DNA from: Candidatus Levyibacteriota bacterium
GTDB taxonomy: Bacteria; Patescibacteriota; Microgenomatia; Levybacterales; UBA12049
Assembly: GCA_027459745.1 (NCBI GenBank)
Contig: DAIDHL010000001.1
Span: 13,828 to 77,827, forward strand
DNA: 64,000 nt
Direction: 5' to 3'
Shown: in pieces, positions 19,174 to 29,058 of the stretch
How the letters are laid out: each line of letters begins with the position of its first letter
Position numbering within the stretch: position 1 is the first letter of the stretch
Made by a program: the position numbers and the translations under genes
The notes under the pieces: generated by a model
The model's input: only the letters and a program-made list of their open reading frames with translations
The model's database searches: none
What the model was told of the DNA's origin: nothing

Positions 19174-21484
19174 TAAAATGTTCTCAATTATTCCTTCCAA
19201 AAAACAGTCGTTTTATATCTCTATACTGAACGTTTTAAGTATAGTTATTATATTATGGCTTCCTTATTATTTATTCGGTGATAAGTTATATATTGGAGGA
19301 GATGACACGAAACTTCTTTATAGTTATCCATTTGATTACTTTCGTAACGTCTCATTTTTTTCCTGGTTTAGTTTATCTTCATTACCTATGTACGATTCTG
19401 CTCAATTTTCATTGCCGTTGGCATCATTATTGGCAATATTATTGATAATATTTAAAAGCAGTATAGTTATAAATCATCTCGCATTTTCCTTAACAATAAT
19501 TTTTGGACTGATATTTTTTCAATTACTAACTCAAGAAATTATAGAAAATAGTAGAAGCTATAGGATAGAAATTTTTCTTGGATCACTGTTCTATGTGTTA
19601 TCGCCTATATTGATGTTTGATCAATATTCTAATTTTTATTCGTCTGTTTGGTTAATAGGCTTAATCCCTTGTGTAGGATATTTTTATATAAAATTTTTAA
19701 AAACTAAAAAATTTAAATTTATATTTTTTAATATCATATTTTGTACATTGTTGTCTTTGGGTTTGGCGGCTATACCATGGTTATTGGGAACTTTATTGTC
19801 ACTTTTAGCAGGGATAGTATTTTTGTTTTTTAGATTAAAAAACAAATTAGAGATCATCAGTTTATCTACATATTTCTTCATCATAACTTTGCTATCACAG
19901 GCATTTTGGTTCTTACCTTTCTTTATGTCTTATCTTATTACTGGCAAAAATAATGCAGCTTCGCAAATATTTTCTGATAATATCGCACAAAGTTTTAACG
20001 GAACAGTCCTTACTACAGCTTCAGGTAATATATTTTACCCATTATTAAATCTATTTCATAGACAAATAGCCTTTGATTATAGCTGGCCTTTGGCATTAGT
20101 ATTTAAGTATTTTTATGATAAAATCTATTATTTAAATCTGGTCTATGTCTTTATACTAATGTTAGGTTTGATATTATTTAAACCTATTATTAATAAAAAA
20201 GAAACAAATGTTTATTTATTCATATTAATTTTCTTTACTATCTCCCTTTATTTTTTTACTGTTAATATCGGTCCATTAAAATATTTGTTTTTATTGTTAG
20301 GTAATTTGCCTGGTTTTGTAATGTTTAGAAATTTTTATGACAAATTTACCTTAGGATTTTGTTTGTCCTATGCTATACTTATCACTTTTTCTTTGATATT
20401 GATTATTAGAAAATATAAAAAATGGCGGTATTTTTTATTGCTTATAGTTTTTATACTAATTTTAGTAAACGCTATACCTATTAAACAGATTGTTGATAAA
20501 CCATTATGGACTGCAAAAAATACAGCAACTAATATAAACTTACCGATAGAATATTTGAATTTTCTCAATTCTGTGAAAAACAAAATTGGCACTACTGATA
20601 ATGTTCTTTCTCTTCCACTCAACTCAGCGGGATATGCAGTTATTAGCGACTCAAATTCTAAAGGAGTATATGCAGGTACGTCTCCACTAAAAATATTTAC
20701 CGGGATAAATGACTATGCTGGAGACTTGTCTTTTGGACAAATTTATTCAAATAGGATTAATAAGGATTTACAAGACAAAAACTATAAGGATTTTGAAAAT
20801 GTATTAAAAAGATTGGATATAAATTATGTGATTTTGAATAAAAATATACCTAAGAGCGTTAAACAATCATTTTTATTTTCTGGAAAATTAAAAACACAAG
20901 ATGAAAATTTCGTAAAATCAATTACAGATAAGAAGCTGCTATCTAGCAGTCACGATAATTACCAATTGTATTCTACTAAAATCCACTCTAGTATATTTAG
21001 TGGAGGAAATATTACATTCAAAAAAATAAATCCCATAGAATATCATTTAACCATCAATAAAGTTAATAATAATACTTCGTTAATTTTTGTTAACCCTTAC
21101 AACTCAGGGTGGAAACTATATCTAGATAAAAATCAATTAAAGTGCGGTCTGGTAATTCATAGCATAGATTCATCTAAGCAATGTCAAAGCCAAAATACTA
21201 TTAATTTACTTGACGATATTAAATACATAACTTCTCCCAGCTTGAATACTGTTCACATCAATTACCTTAACTATGCTAATAAATGGAAGATTAGCAGTGA
21301 AGATATTATCAAAAACTTTCCTAAAAATGATTATAGCTTAAATAAAGATGGGACAATTAATTTAAATCTTACAGTTTACTTTTTCCCACAATTTTATTTT
21401 TATCTAGGGGTTGTTATTTCTGGATTAACATTTGTTATCATATCTCTATATTTATTTTATGAAAAAATTAAACTTAAAGCTTAA
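19154..21484 (+). CDS. Large polytopic membrane protein, GT-C-like (AftD/YfhO-like architecture)
   Basis: GGDD in the first loop, FRNFYDKF, many TMs, soluble domain, C-terminal TM preceded by YANKW. Confidence 0.55.
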   Translation: MLADNGNKMFSIIPSKKQSFYISILNVLSIVIILWLPYYLFGDKLYIGGDDTKLLYSYPFDYFRNVSFFSWFSLSSLPMYDSAQFSLPLASLLAILLIIFKSSIVINHLAFSLTIIFGLIFFQLLTQEIIENSRSYRIEIFLGSLFYVLSPILMFDQYSNFYSSVWLIGLIPCVGYFYIKFLKTKKFKFIFFNIIFCTLLSLGLAAIPWLLGTLLSLLAGIVFLFFRLKNKLEIISLSTYFFIITLLSQAFWFLPFFMSYLITGKNNAASQIFSDNIAQSFNGTVLTTASGNIFYPLLNLFHRQIAFDYSWPLALVFKYFYDKIYYLNLVYVFILMLGLILFKPIINKKETNVYLFILIFFTISLYFFTVNIGPLKYLFLLLGNLPGFVMFRNFYDKFTLGFCLSYAILITFSLILIIRKYKKWRYFLLLIVFILILVNAIPIKQIVDKPLWTAKNTATNINLPIEYLNFLNSVKNKIGTTDNVLSLPLNSAGYAVISDSNSKGVYAGTSPLKIFTGINDYAGDLSFGQIYSNRINKDLQDKNYKDFENVLKRLDINYVILNKNIPKSVKQSFLFSGKLKTQDENFVKSITDKKLLSSSHDNYQLYSTKIHSSIFSGGNITFKKINPIEYHLTINKVNNNTSLIFVNPYNSGWKLYLDKNQLKCGLVIHSIDSSKQCQSQNTINLLDDIKYITSPSLNTVHINYLNYANKWKISSEDIIKNFPKNDYSLNKDGTINLNLTVYFFPQFYFYLGVVISGLTFVIISLYLFYEKIKLKA

Positions 21485-22475
21485 TCTTTTAATTAAGCTA
21501 ATTATCCTTCTCTTTTTGGTCTTATCTGGTTTGAGTCTTGCTGTAATATTTAATTCTGGTACTGCGTTGTCGGCCATTACTGTAAGCGAATCAGGGAATG
21601 AGCTAAGATTTTCTAATACTAATCAATTATATAAAGGTGATAGCTTGACTGGGGTGTTTACTGCTAAGAATAATTATTTAGGAATAATTTATCTTAAGTT
21701 TGATAACGTTAAAAACCTGGATTATTACAATCAATCAGATTTTATTTTTAGAATAAAGAAAGACGGGGATAAATCTTGGTATGCTGTAAATAAATATAAG
21801 TCTGGTATAATTTATAATAATAACTACTTTCCATTTGGCTTTCCTCCAATAAGAAATTCACAAAATCATCAATTCGTTTTCCAGATTATATCCTTGAATG
21901 GAAATAAAACAAACTTTATCAAGATAGATACCAGTGTCTTTAATTTCGCTGCAAGTTATATCATTCCCAAAAGTGAAATTACATCAAATATTAGTTCTTT
22001 AGCAATATTTTTTATTAGGAAAGCCTTTTATTCATTGAATAATCCATATTTTGTTTTGAACTCCTTGAAGTACTTCATCCCAGCTCTTTTTTACTTTATT
22101 TGGATTACCCTACTTAATCGTTTTACGCAAATAAAGTATTCTTTAAGTCTAATAAGTATAACAATGGTTATATTAGATATTGTTTTCTTAAATGACATTT
22201 ACAGCGGGATACTTTTGGGAGCAGTAGGCTTATGGATATGGTCAGTTGTATTATATAAACTTGAATATAGCTTATCAATTTTAGTATCTTTATTATTGAT
22301 ATTATTAGGTACATTAACACTTAATATCGCTAATCCTAGTATGACTGATAAGATCTCAACGTGGGGATATCTGTTTTTTGTTTCTGGAATAGGTTTGGCA
22401 ATTTATCAAAGTTCTAATACTAAATCAAATTATATTACTATGAGACGATTTTTAAAGGATTTATCTAAAATCTAA
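21459..22475 (+). CDS. Membrane protein, hypothetical
   Basis: N-terminal TM, extracytoplasmic beta-rich domain (YFPFGFPPIRNS), several C-terminal TMs. Confidence 0.6.
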   Translation: MKKLNLKLNLLIKLIILLFLVLSGLSLAVIFNSGTALSAITVSESGNELRFSNTNQLYKGDSLTGVFTAKNNYLGIIYLKFDNVKNLDYYNQSDFIFRIKKDGDKSWYAVNKYKSGIIYNNNYFPFGFPPIRNSQNHQFVFQIISLNGNKTNFIKIDTSVFNFAASYIIPKSEITSNISSLAIFFIRKAFYSLNNPYFVLNSLKYFIPALFYFIWITLLNRFTQIKYSLSLISITMVILDIVFLNDIYSGILLGAVGLWIWSVVLYKLEYSLSILVSLLLILLGTLTLNIANPSMTDKISTWGYLFFVSGIGLAIYQSSNTKSNYITMRRFLKDLSKI

Positions 22476-22476
22476 T

Positions 22477-24567
22477 ATGAAACATTGGATATTTAATTTA
22501 CTTTTTCTTCTTGTAATTATTAGAATTATCTTTCATGCCTGGTTTTTACCTGGAAGCCTTAACGGTGGAGACACTTGGTATTCAACACTATTATATTATC
22601 AACAGAATGAATTGCATCTTTGGGCTTGGCTGCCTACTTCTGGTAATGGTTTAGGAGCTTTCAACGCGTTTTTTAATTGGATTAGTTTATATTACCAGGT
22701 CCCGATAGCGTTTTTAGAAGGGATTTTTCATCTAAACTTATCATGGATTGAGCGTATAGGTTTTGTCTATCCATATTTGATTGTAGGAATTATTTCATCG
22801 ATATATTTAAGCAAGCTATTTAACAGAACTTCAAGCCTGTTATTTTTATTTAGTTTGATATTCATTTTTAATACATATTCACTCATGTTAATTTCGGGGC
22901 AGGTAGAATTAGCTTTAGCTTATGTCTTATCAGCATGGATTGTGTATCTTTTCTTAAATATTGTAAATAAAAGGCCAAACAGACAGACATATTTGTTCGC
23001 TTGTCTTCTTCTTTCGTTTCAAACCACAATAGACCCTAGAATTACCTACATAACTCTGTTAGCGATATTCTTATATTTTGTATTATATTTTATTCTAACT
23101 TTCCGTAACGATTATAAATTTTTTCATCGGATAATTAAGATTACATTTAAAATATTTATAATACCTGGAATCATTGATTTTTTAATAAACTCATACTGGT
23201 TACTACCGACAATAATCAATCACCAGAGTCCCCTTACTCAGTTAGGCTCTGCATATACTGAAACTGCTTCTGTGCAATATTTTAGTTTCGCAAAACTAGA
23301 AAATTCGATATCCCTACTGCATCCAAACTGGCCTGAAAATATATTTGGTTTGACACATTTTATGCAACCTGAGTTTATAATTTTGCCGATTTTGGCATTT
23401 ATCTCTTTACTGTTTATCAAAAGTGTTAATAGACAAGAAAAGATATACATTCTTTACTTTAGTCTACTTACTTTAATTGGATCCTTCTTGGCAAAAGGAG
23501 CTAATGCTCCATTGGGTATTCTTTATATGTGGATGTTTAATCATATACCCGGTTTTATTATGTTCCGTGATCCAACTAAATGGTATGTGTTAGTAGCGCT
23601 TGGATTTTCAGTATTAATTCCCTTCACTATTTTTAAAATTTATGAACTGTTAAAAACATGGGAAAACTTTAACATAAAAAAATATCTGGTTAGATTAAAT
23701 TTAAATAATAGTTTTTTTAATTTGTATAATTTATTTCTGTTTTTAGTTATTTTTTATCTACTTGTACTGATTATGCCTGCTTTATTTGGACAATTGACGG
23801 GTATGTTGAAGTCGACTCCCGTACCGATCGATTATGTCAATTTAGAAAAGTTTCTTAGTAATAAAAACAGGTTTTCAAGGACATTATGGATTCCGGTTAC
23901 ACAACGTTTTGGATATTATTCAAATACACATCCTGAAATAAGTGGAGAAAGTTTTTATAACATCTATGATCCAACGAAAGTTGTAAGTGAACTTAAATCT
24001 AATTCTGCTCAAATACAATTACAGGAAGCAGGTGTAGCATATGTAATTGTTCCTTATGATTCCGAAGGAGAAATATTTTTAAATGATCGTAAATATGATT
24101 CAAATTTATATGAGAAAACTATCGATCAGTTGAATAAGATTAAATGGCTCAAGGCTATTCCAGGTTTCGGTAGCGTAAAAGTATTCCAAGTCTCAAATTT
24201 TAAAAATCACTTCTGGTCACCCGATAAAATGTCTGTAAGTTATAAATATGTAAGCCCAGTTGAATATAAAGTTAATATAAGTAACGCCTCACATGGAGAT
24301 AAATTAGTTTTCGTTGAAGGATATGACTCTAATTGGGAGTTGGTAGATTCTAATAACCATATTATTCATTCTGGTGTATATGATCATCGATATAATAGTT
24401 TCTTGATCCCTGATAATGGCACCTACACAGTTTATTATTCCCCACAAATCTGGGTGGATAGGGGAGTAATTATTAGTCTAATTAGTTTGGGAATAAGTCT
24501 AATAATCCTCTTATATTTAACCTTTAAATCGAAGCTAAAAACTTTGTTTAAGTTCAGATTAAGCTAG
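22477..24567 (+). CDS. Large polytopic membrane protein, GT-C-like (AftD/YfhO-like architecture)
   Basis: GGD in the first loop, LHPNWPENIFG, MFRDPTKW, EGYDSNW, C-terminal TM. Confidence 0.55.
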   Translation: MKHWIFNLLFLLVIIRIIFHAWFLPGSLNGGDTWYSTLLYYQQNELHLWAWLPTSGNGLGAFNAFFNWISLYYQVPIAFLEGIFHLNLSWIERIGFVYPYLIVGIISSIYLSKLFNRTSSLLFLFSLIFIFNTYSLMLISGQVELALAYVLSAWIVYLFLNIVNKRPNRQTYLFACLLLSFQTTIDPRITYITLLAIFLYFVLYFILTFRNDYKFFHRIIKITFKIFIIPGIIDFLINSYWLLPTIINHQSPLTQLGSAYTETASVQYFSFAKLENSISLLHPNWPENIFGLTHFMQPEFIILPILAFISLLFIKSVNRQEKIYILYFSLLTLIGSFLAKGANAPLGILYMWMFNHIPGFIMFRDPTKWYVLVALGFSVLIPFTIFKIYELLKTWENFNIKKYLVRLNLNNSFFNLYNLFLFLVIFYLLVLIMPALFGQLTGMLKSTPVPIDYVNLEKFLSNKNRFSRTLWIPVTQRFGYYSNTHPEISGESFYNIYDPTKVVSELKSNSAQIQLQEAGVAYVIVPYDSEGEIFLNDRKYDSNLYEKTIDQLNKIKWLKAIPGFGSVKVFQVSNFKNHFWSPDKMSVSYKYVSPVEYKVNISNASHGDKLVFVEGYDSNWELVDSNNHIIHSGVYDHRYNSFLIPDNGTYTVYYSPQIWVDRGVIISLISLGISLIILLYLTFKSKLKTLFKFRLS

Positions 24568-24610
24568 AATTCAGATTTTATTGTTAAGGTTTGGTTTTAG
24601 CCTTATATCA

Positions 24611-24619
24611 TGCTAAAAT
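24611..24619 (+). promoter_or_regulatory. Extended -10 promoter, leaderless
   Basis: TGCTAAAAT, with the ATG at 24626 6 nt downstream. Confidence 0.55.
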
Positions 24620-24625
24620 ACGCCT

Positions 24626-25555
24626 ATGATCAGTTATGTAATTCCAGTCTACAACGAGGAAGAGAGTTTGTCCGCATTTTATAAAGAACTCAAAAAAGTT
24701 ATAAGCAAGATAAAAGATTCAGCTGAAATTATTTTTATTGATGACGGTTCTACAGATTCTTCTTTAAGATTATTAAAAGATTTATCTAAAAAAGATAAAT
24801 TTGTTAGAATATTTTCTTTTCGCAAAAATCAGGGTAAAGCAGAAGCTTTAACGCTTGGTTTTCAAAAAGCAAAAGGAGAATATGCAGTAACACTAGATGC
24901 AGATTTACAAGATCGTCCAAGTGAAATAAGTAAACTACTAAAACTTATTAAACAGGATGAGTGGGATATGGTTAGTGGATGGCGATATAAACGACAGGAT
25001 AGTAAGCAAAAAGTAATTTCCTCTAAATTTTTCAATTACCTAGCGCGTAATTTTTGGGGATTATATTTGCATGATTATAATTGTGGGCTAAAAGCATACA
25101 CCTCAGAATGCGCTAAATCTTTAAAACTGTATGGAGGTTTTCACCGTTTTATCCCACTTCTGGCTTATCAGGAAGGATTTCAGGTAACTGAAGTAGCCAT
25201 TGAACATGACAAAAGAAAATTTGGCAAGTCTAAATTCGGGTTTTCCAAGGTTTGGAAGGATCTGCCTGATATCTTTACCATGCTATTTTTGTATAAATAT
25301 AGTAAAAGACCCATGCACTTTTTTGGTATGTTGGGAGGAATAATATTTTTAATAGGTCTTGGAATTTTAATCTACTTGTCTATTATGCATTTTATTGGCT
25401 ATACAATAGGAGATAGACCGCTTTTAACTTATGGAATGCTATTTTTATTAGCCGGGTTACAATCCTTCTTGACTGGATTTTTAGCAGACCTCATAATAAA
25501 CACATCAGCCAAAGAAATTACGCATCATCCACTGCGTTTCTCGACTGATGTTTAA
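24626..25555 (+). CDS. GT2, ArnC/GtrB-like undecaprenyl-phosphate glycosyltransferase
   Basis: PVYNEEES, IDDGSTD, LDADLQD, DYNCGLKAY, HRFIP, two C-terminal TMs. Confidence 0.88.
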   Translation: MISYVIPVYNEEESLSAFYKELKKVISKIKDSAEIIFIDDGSTDSSLRLLKDLSKKDKFVRIFSFRKNQGKAEALTLGFQKAKGEYAVTLDADLQDRPSEISKLLKLIKQDEWDMVSGWRYKRQDSKQKVISSKFFNYLARNFWGLYLHDYNCGLKAYTSECAKSLKLYGGFHRFIPLLAYQEGFQVTEVAIEHDKRKFGKSKFGFSKVWKDLPDIFTMLFLYKYSKRPMHFFGMLGGIIFLIGLGILIYLSIMHFIGYTIGDRPLLTYGMLFLLAGLQSFLTGFLADLIINTSAKEITHHPLRFSTDV

Positions 25556-25776
25556 TGAAGATTCAAGATATTATCTTTTTAGTTATTCTGATCGCTTTTT
25601 TGTATAAAGCGAAACCTAACTGGTTTGTAGGAGCTGGGTTAGTAAGTTTTCTTATCTCCATTCCGCTTTTTGCTTTGCATATATTTTTTACCGCTGAAAG
25701 ATTAGTGTGGTATGCAGCAGGATTTTTGTTTGTAGCAGTTATAGTTAATTTATACCAAATGATGAGAGACAAATAA
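25555..25776 (+). CDS. Small membrane protein (73 aa)
   Basis: TAATG translational coupling, 2-3 hydrophobic segments. Confidence 0.65.
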   Translation: MKIQDIIFLVILIAFLYKAKPNWFVGAGLVSFLISIPLFALHIFFTAERLVWYAAGFLFVAVIVNLYQMMRDK

Positions 25777-25779
25777 GCT

Positions 25780-26316
25780 ATGAAAATAGGGGTTGATATT
25801 AGTCAATTAGTCTATATTAATACAGGCGTAGCAAACTATCTATCACAACTGATAGGTCATTTGTTGGACAAGGATCGGGAAAATGAATATATTTTGTTCT
25901 TTTCTTCGTTGCGCGGTAATATCCAAAGATTAGACTTAAATTTAGCGTCAAAAAAAAATGTTTCACTAAAAAAATATAATTTTCCTCCCGGTTTGTTGGA
26001 TTTACTTTGGAATAAAATGCATGTGATGCCGATCGAGTGGCTTATCGGAGATATCGATGTGTTTATTACTTCCGACTGGACTGAACCACCCAGTTTAAAG
26101 GCTAAAAAAATCTCCATTCTTTACGATCTGATTGTTTATACAAATCCCCAAGAGACGGATAAGAAAATTATCCAGACCCAGAAAAGAAAGTTAAAATGGG
26201 CGGTTAAAGAAGATAGCAGATTTATTTGTATTTCTGAATCAACTAAAAAAGATGCAGAAAAATGGCTTAATTTGTCCAGAGATAAGTTAGAGGTGGTTTA
26301 TCCGGGGGTTAAATAA
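25780..26316 (+). CDS. GT4 N-terminal domain only (stand-alone half GT-B)
   Basis: MKIGVD...TGVANY, ILYDL, ISESTKKD; ends at VVYPGVK, the interdomain linker; no EX7E motif. Confidence 0.7.
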   Translation: MKIGVDISQLVYINTGVANYLSQLIGHLLDKDRENEYILFFSSLRGNIQRLDLNLASKKNVSLKKYNFPPGLLDLLWNKMHVMPIEWLIGDIDVFITSDWTEPPSLKAKKISILYDLIVYTNPQETDKKIIQTQKRKLKWAVKEDSRFICISESTKKDAEKWLNLSRDKLEVVYPGVK

Positions 26317-26318
26317 AT

Positions 26319-27455
26319 ATGTTAATAGGAATTGATGGCAACGAAGCAAATGTAACAAAAAGAGTAGGTGTGAGCGAGTTTGCTTATGAATTGATTAATC
26401 AATTTGCACAAATGGATAATCAGGACTCTAGCTTCAGAATTTATCTTAAAGAACAGCCATTGGATGACTTCCCAACACAAACTAATAATTGGAGATACAA
26501 AGTGTTTGGTCCCAAAAAAATGTGGACACAATTTGCGTTACCTACGCGTCTATTACTTGAAACAAAAAAACCGGATGTATTCTTCACTCCTTCTCACTAT
26601 GCACCAAGATTATCCTTGTGCCCTACGGTAATATCAATTATGGATTTAGCATTTATCCATTTTTCACAGTATTTTGCCAAAAAAGACCTATATCAGCTTC
26701 AGAATTGGACTAAATATTCCGTGAAAAATGCAGTAAAAATCATTACTATAAGCGAAGCGAGCAAATCTGATATACTCAAGGAGTACGGTGTTGATCGGGA
26801 TAAAGTTGTAGTGATTTATCCTGGTATCAAGCCCAAAATGGATATGTCAACCTTAGAACCACATATTTATAAATGGCAAGAAGTTCAACGTAAATTTGAA
26901 ATTGCAGATAGGTATTTGCTGTTTGTCAGCACTCTCCAACCACGAAAGAATGCTGCTCGTTTGATTGAAGCATTTTCCCAACTTAAAGCTGTTAAAAAAG
27001 GTGAATTGCAATTGCTCATCGTGGGTAAAAAAGGTTGGCTATATGAAGAAATTTTGGCCGCCCCAGAAAAGTTTGGTGTAGAAAAGGAAGTAAAGTTTTT
27101 GGACTTTGTAAATAATGAGGACTTGGAAGTTTTATATAGGAATGCTCAGTTGTTTGTTTACCCCAGTCTGTATGAAGGATTTGGTTTACCAGTGGTTGAA
27201 GCGATGAGATATGATTGTCCAGTTGTAACCAGCAATGTCAGTAGCTTGCCTGAGGCAGGAGGAGACGCTGCATTATATTTTGATCCACTTAATGTTGACG
27301 ATATGACCAAGGTCATAGAAAAAGTTTTGAATGAGCCAGAGCTACGAAAGAAAATGATAGCCAAGGGACATGCACAAATTTTAAAATTCAGCTGGGAGAA
27401 AGCAGCTAAGGAGACGCTAGAGGTGTTGAGAGAGGTAGCGGGGAAGAAGGGGTAG
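26319..27455 (+). CDS. GT4 glycosyltransferase (mannosyltransferase-like)
   Basis: TLQPRKN, YPSLYEGFGLPVVEAM, SSLPEAGG, FSWEK. Confidence 0.9.
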   Translation: MLIGIDGNEANVTKRVGVSEFAYELINQFAQMDNQDSSFRIYLKEQPLDDFPTQTNNWRYKVFGPKKMWTQFALPTRLLLETKKPDVFFTPSHYAPRLSLCPTVISIMDLAFIHFSQYFAKKDLYQLQNWTKYSVKNAVKIITISEASKSDILKEYGVDRDKVVVIYPGIKPKMDMSTLEPHIYKWQEVQRKFEIADRYLLFVSTLQPRKNAARLIEAFSQLKAVKKGELQLLIVGKKGWLYEEILAAPEKFGVEKEVKFLDFVNNEDLEVLYRNAQLFVYPSLYEGFGLPVVEAMRYDCPVVTSNVSSLPEAGGDAALYFDPLNVDDMTKVIEKVLNEPELRKKMIAKGHAQILKFSWEKAAKETLEVLREVAGKKG

Positions 27456-27500
27456 ATCCTTCGACTCGCCCCGATTTAATCGGTGCTCGCTCAGGATGAC
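27455..27500. repeat. REP-like GC-rich palindromic element
   Basis: GATCCTTCGACTCGCCCCGATTTAATCGGTGCTCGCTCAGGATGAC: outer ATCCT/AGGAT stem and inner CCGAT/ATCGG stem; GC-rich in an AT-rich background. Confidence 0.55.
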
Positions 27501-27532
27501 AGAAAAAGTGGGAAATTTTACTTTTTCTGTCA
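27497..27532. terminator. Perfect 13-bp inverted repeat (terminator or processing hairpin)
   Basis: TGACAGAAAAAGT (27497-27509), 10-nt loop, ACTTTTTCTGTCA (27520-27532). Confidence 0.5.
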
Positions 27533-27563
27533 AGTAAATTACAGTTGATTACATTAATAAATT

Positions 27564-28169
27564 ATGCAAGATAAAACTGGGAAATCATTATCAGCGAACG
27601 AAATTATGAGTAAAGGAACAGGGCGTTTGAATGCAATTTTTATGGAATTGGGTAATATGCTGGAAATGTGGGTTGGTTATATACCTGTGCACCATGTTAG
27701 AAGATTTTTCTATCGTTTAGGTGGCATGCGTATAGGTAGTGGTTCGTCAATTCATACTGGTACGCGCTTTTATAATTTAGGTAATATTGCTGTAGGTAAG
27801 GATACGATTATTGGCGAAGGGGCAGTTCTAGATGGACGCTCAAAATTACAAATTGGTGATCATGTAGATATTGCCTCAGAAGTCATGATCTACAATGCGG
27901 AACATAATATCAATGCTGAACATTTTGCCGATGCTGATAGCGTCGTTCAGGCGCCAGTGATTATTGAAGATTATGTGTTTATCGGCCCAAGGGCAATAAT
28001 TTTACCAGGCGTGACTATTGGCAAAGGGGCAATCGTAGCAGCAGGTGCAGTTGTAACTAAAGATATCCCTGAATATGCTATTGTAGGCGGTGTACCCGCT
28101 AAGATAATTGGTGAGAGGCAAAATAAGGATTTACATTACAAATTAGGGCGAGCAGCTTGGTTTCGTTAA
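27564..28169 (+). CDS. Hexapeptide-repeat (LbH) acyltransferase, probable sugar O-/N-acetyltransferase
   Basis: IEDYVFIGPRAIILPGVTIGKGAIVAAGAVVTKD, GGVPAKII. Confidence 0.87.
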   Translation: MQDKTGKSLSANEIMSKGTGRLNAIFMELGNMLEMWVGYIPVHHVRRFFYRLGGMRIGSGSSIHTGTRFYNLGNIAVGKDTIIGEGAVLDGRSKLQIGDHVDIASEVMIYNAEHNINAEHFADADSVVQAPVIIEDYVFIGPRAIILPGVTIGKGAIVAAGAVVTKDIPEYAIVGGVPAKIIGERQNKDLHYKLGRAAWFR

Positions 28170-28178
28170 CTCTTCGTT

Positions 28179-29054
28179 ATGCAACTTTCTATCATCACGT
28201 TAAATTTTCGTAAGCCATTGTTAACCTTGGCTTGTATCGCCTCATTATACAAAACATATAGTAAAGAATTTGCTGAAGATAAATTTGAAGTAATTATAGT
28301 AGACAATTTTTCTCAAGATAATTCAGTTGAGGTGATCAAAGCAGAACTTAAGAAGAAAAATTACAAAAATTGTCATTTATTAGAAAATAGTAAAAATGCG
28401 GGTTTTGGAGCTGGAAATAACTTTGGCGTTACTAAAGCAAAAGGAGAGGCTGTTGTTTTTTTGAATAACGATACAGAGGTTAAAGATGGTTTGCAAGAAA
28501 TGCTTAATTTTCTAATGAGTCACAAAGAGGTAACAATTTTAGGTGGACAATTAAAAAATGATGATGGTTCACTGCAAAATTCAAGCGGTAAATTCTATAC
28601 TCTTTGGAATTTAGCCTTATTTTTACTCGGTTTGCAAAATTTTGGTTTAGTTGACAAAAGTCCTGCTCATATAGCAGAAGTGGATTGGGTGAAAGGTGCC
28701 CTTTTGATGATTAGGAGAGAAGCTTTTGAAGTATTAGAAGGATTTGATGAGCATATTTTTATGTATTTAGAAGATATGGAGCTATGTTTTAGAGCCAGAA
28801 AAAAAGGCTATAAAGTGTTCTTTTATCCTAATGTCAATATAATTCACCAAGATCAGGGTAGCTCTAATCGGACCTTTGCAATTATAAATATTTATAAGAA
28901 TATGCTGTACTTTTACGCCAAGCATAAAAGTAGTGTAGAATATATATTAGCTAAGTACATGCTGCTAATTAAAGCATATTTTGTTATACTTGTGGGTATG
29001 CTTTTAAATAAAAAGGAATTAGTTTCAAGGTATAAAGCAGCAATAAAATTCTAA
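28179..29054 (+). CDS. GT2 glycosyltransferase (WbbL/rhamnosyltransferase-like)
   Basis: NAGFGAGNNFG, FLNND, WVKGALLMIR, GFDEHIFMYLEDMELC. Confidence 0.88.
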   Translation: MQLSIITLNFRKPLLTLACIASLYKTYSKEFAEDKFEVIIVDNFSQDNSVEVIKAELKKKNYKNCHLLENSKNAGFGAGNNFGVTKAKGEAVVFLNNDTEVKDGLQEMLNFLMSHKEVTILGGQLKNDDGSLQNSSGKFYTLWNLALFLLGLQNFGLVDKSPAHIAEVDWVKGALLMIRREAFEVLEGFDEHIFMYLEDMELCFRARKKGYKVFFYPNVNIIHQDQGSSNRTFAIINIYKNMLYFYAKHKSSVEYILAKYMLLIKAYFVILVGMLLNKKELVSRYKAAIKF

Positions 29055-29058
29055 ACGT

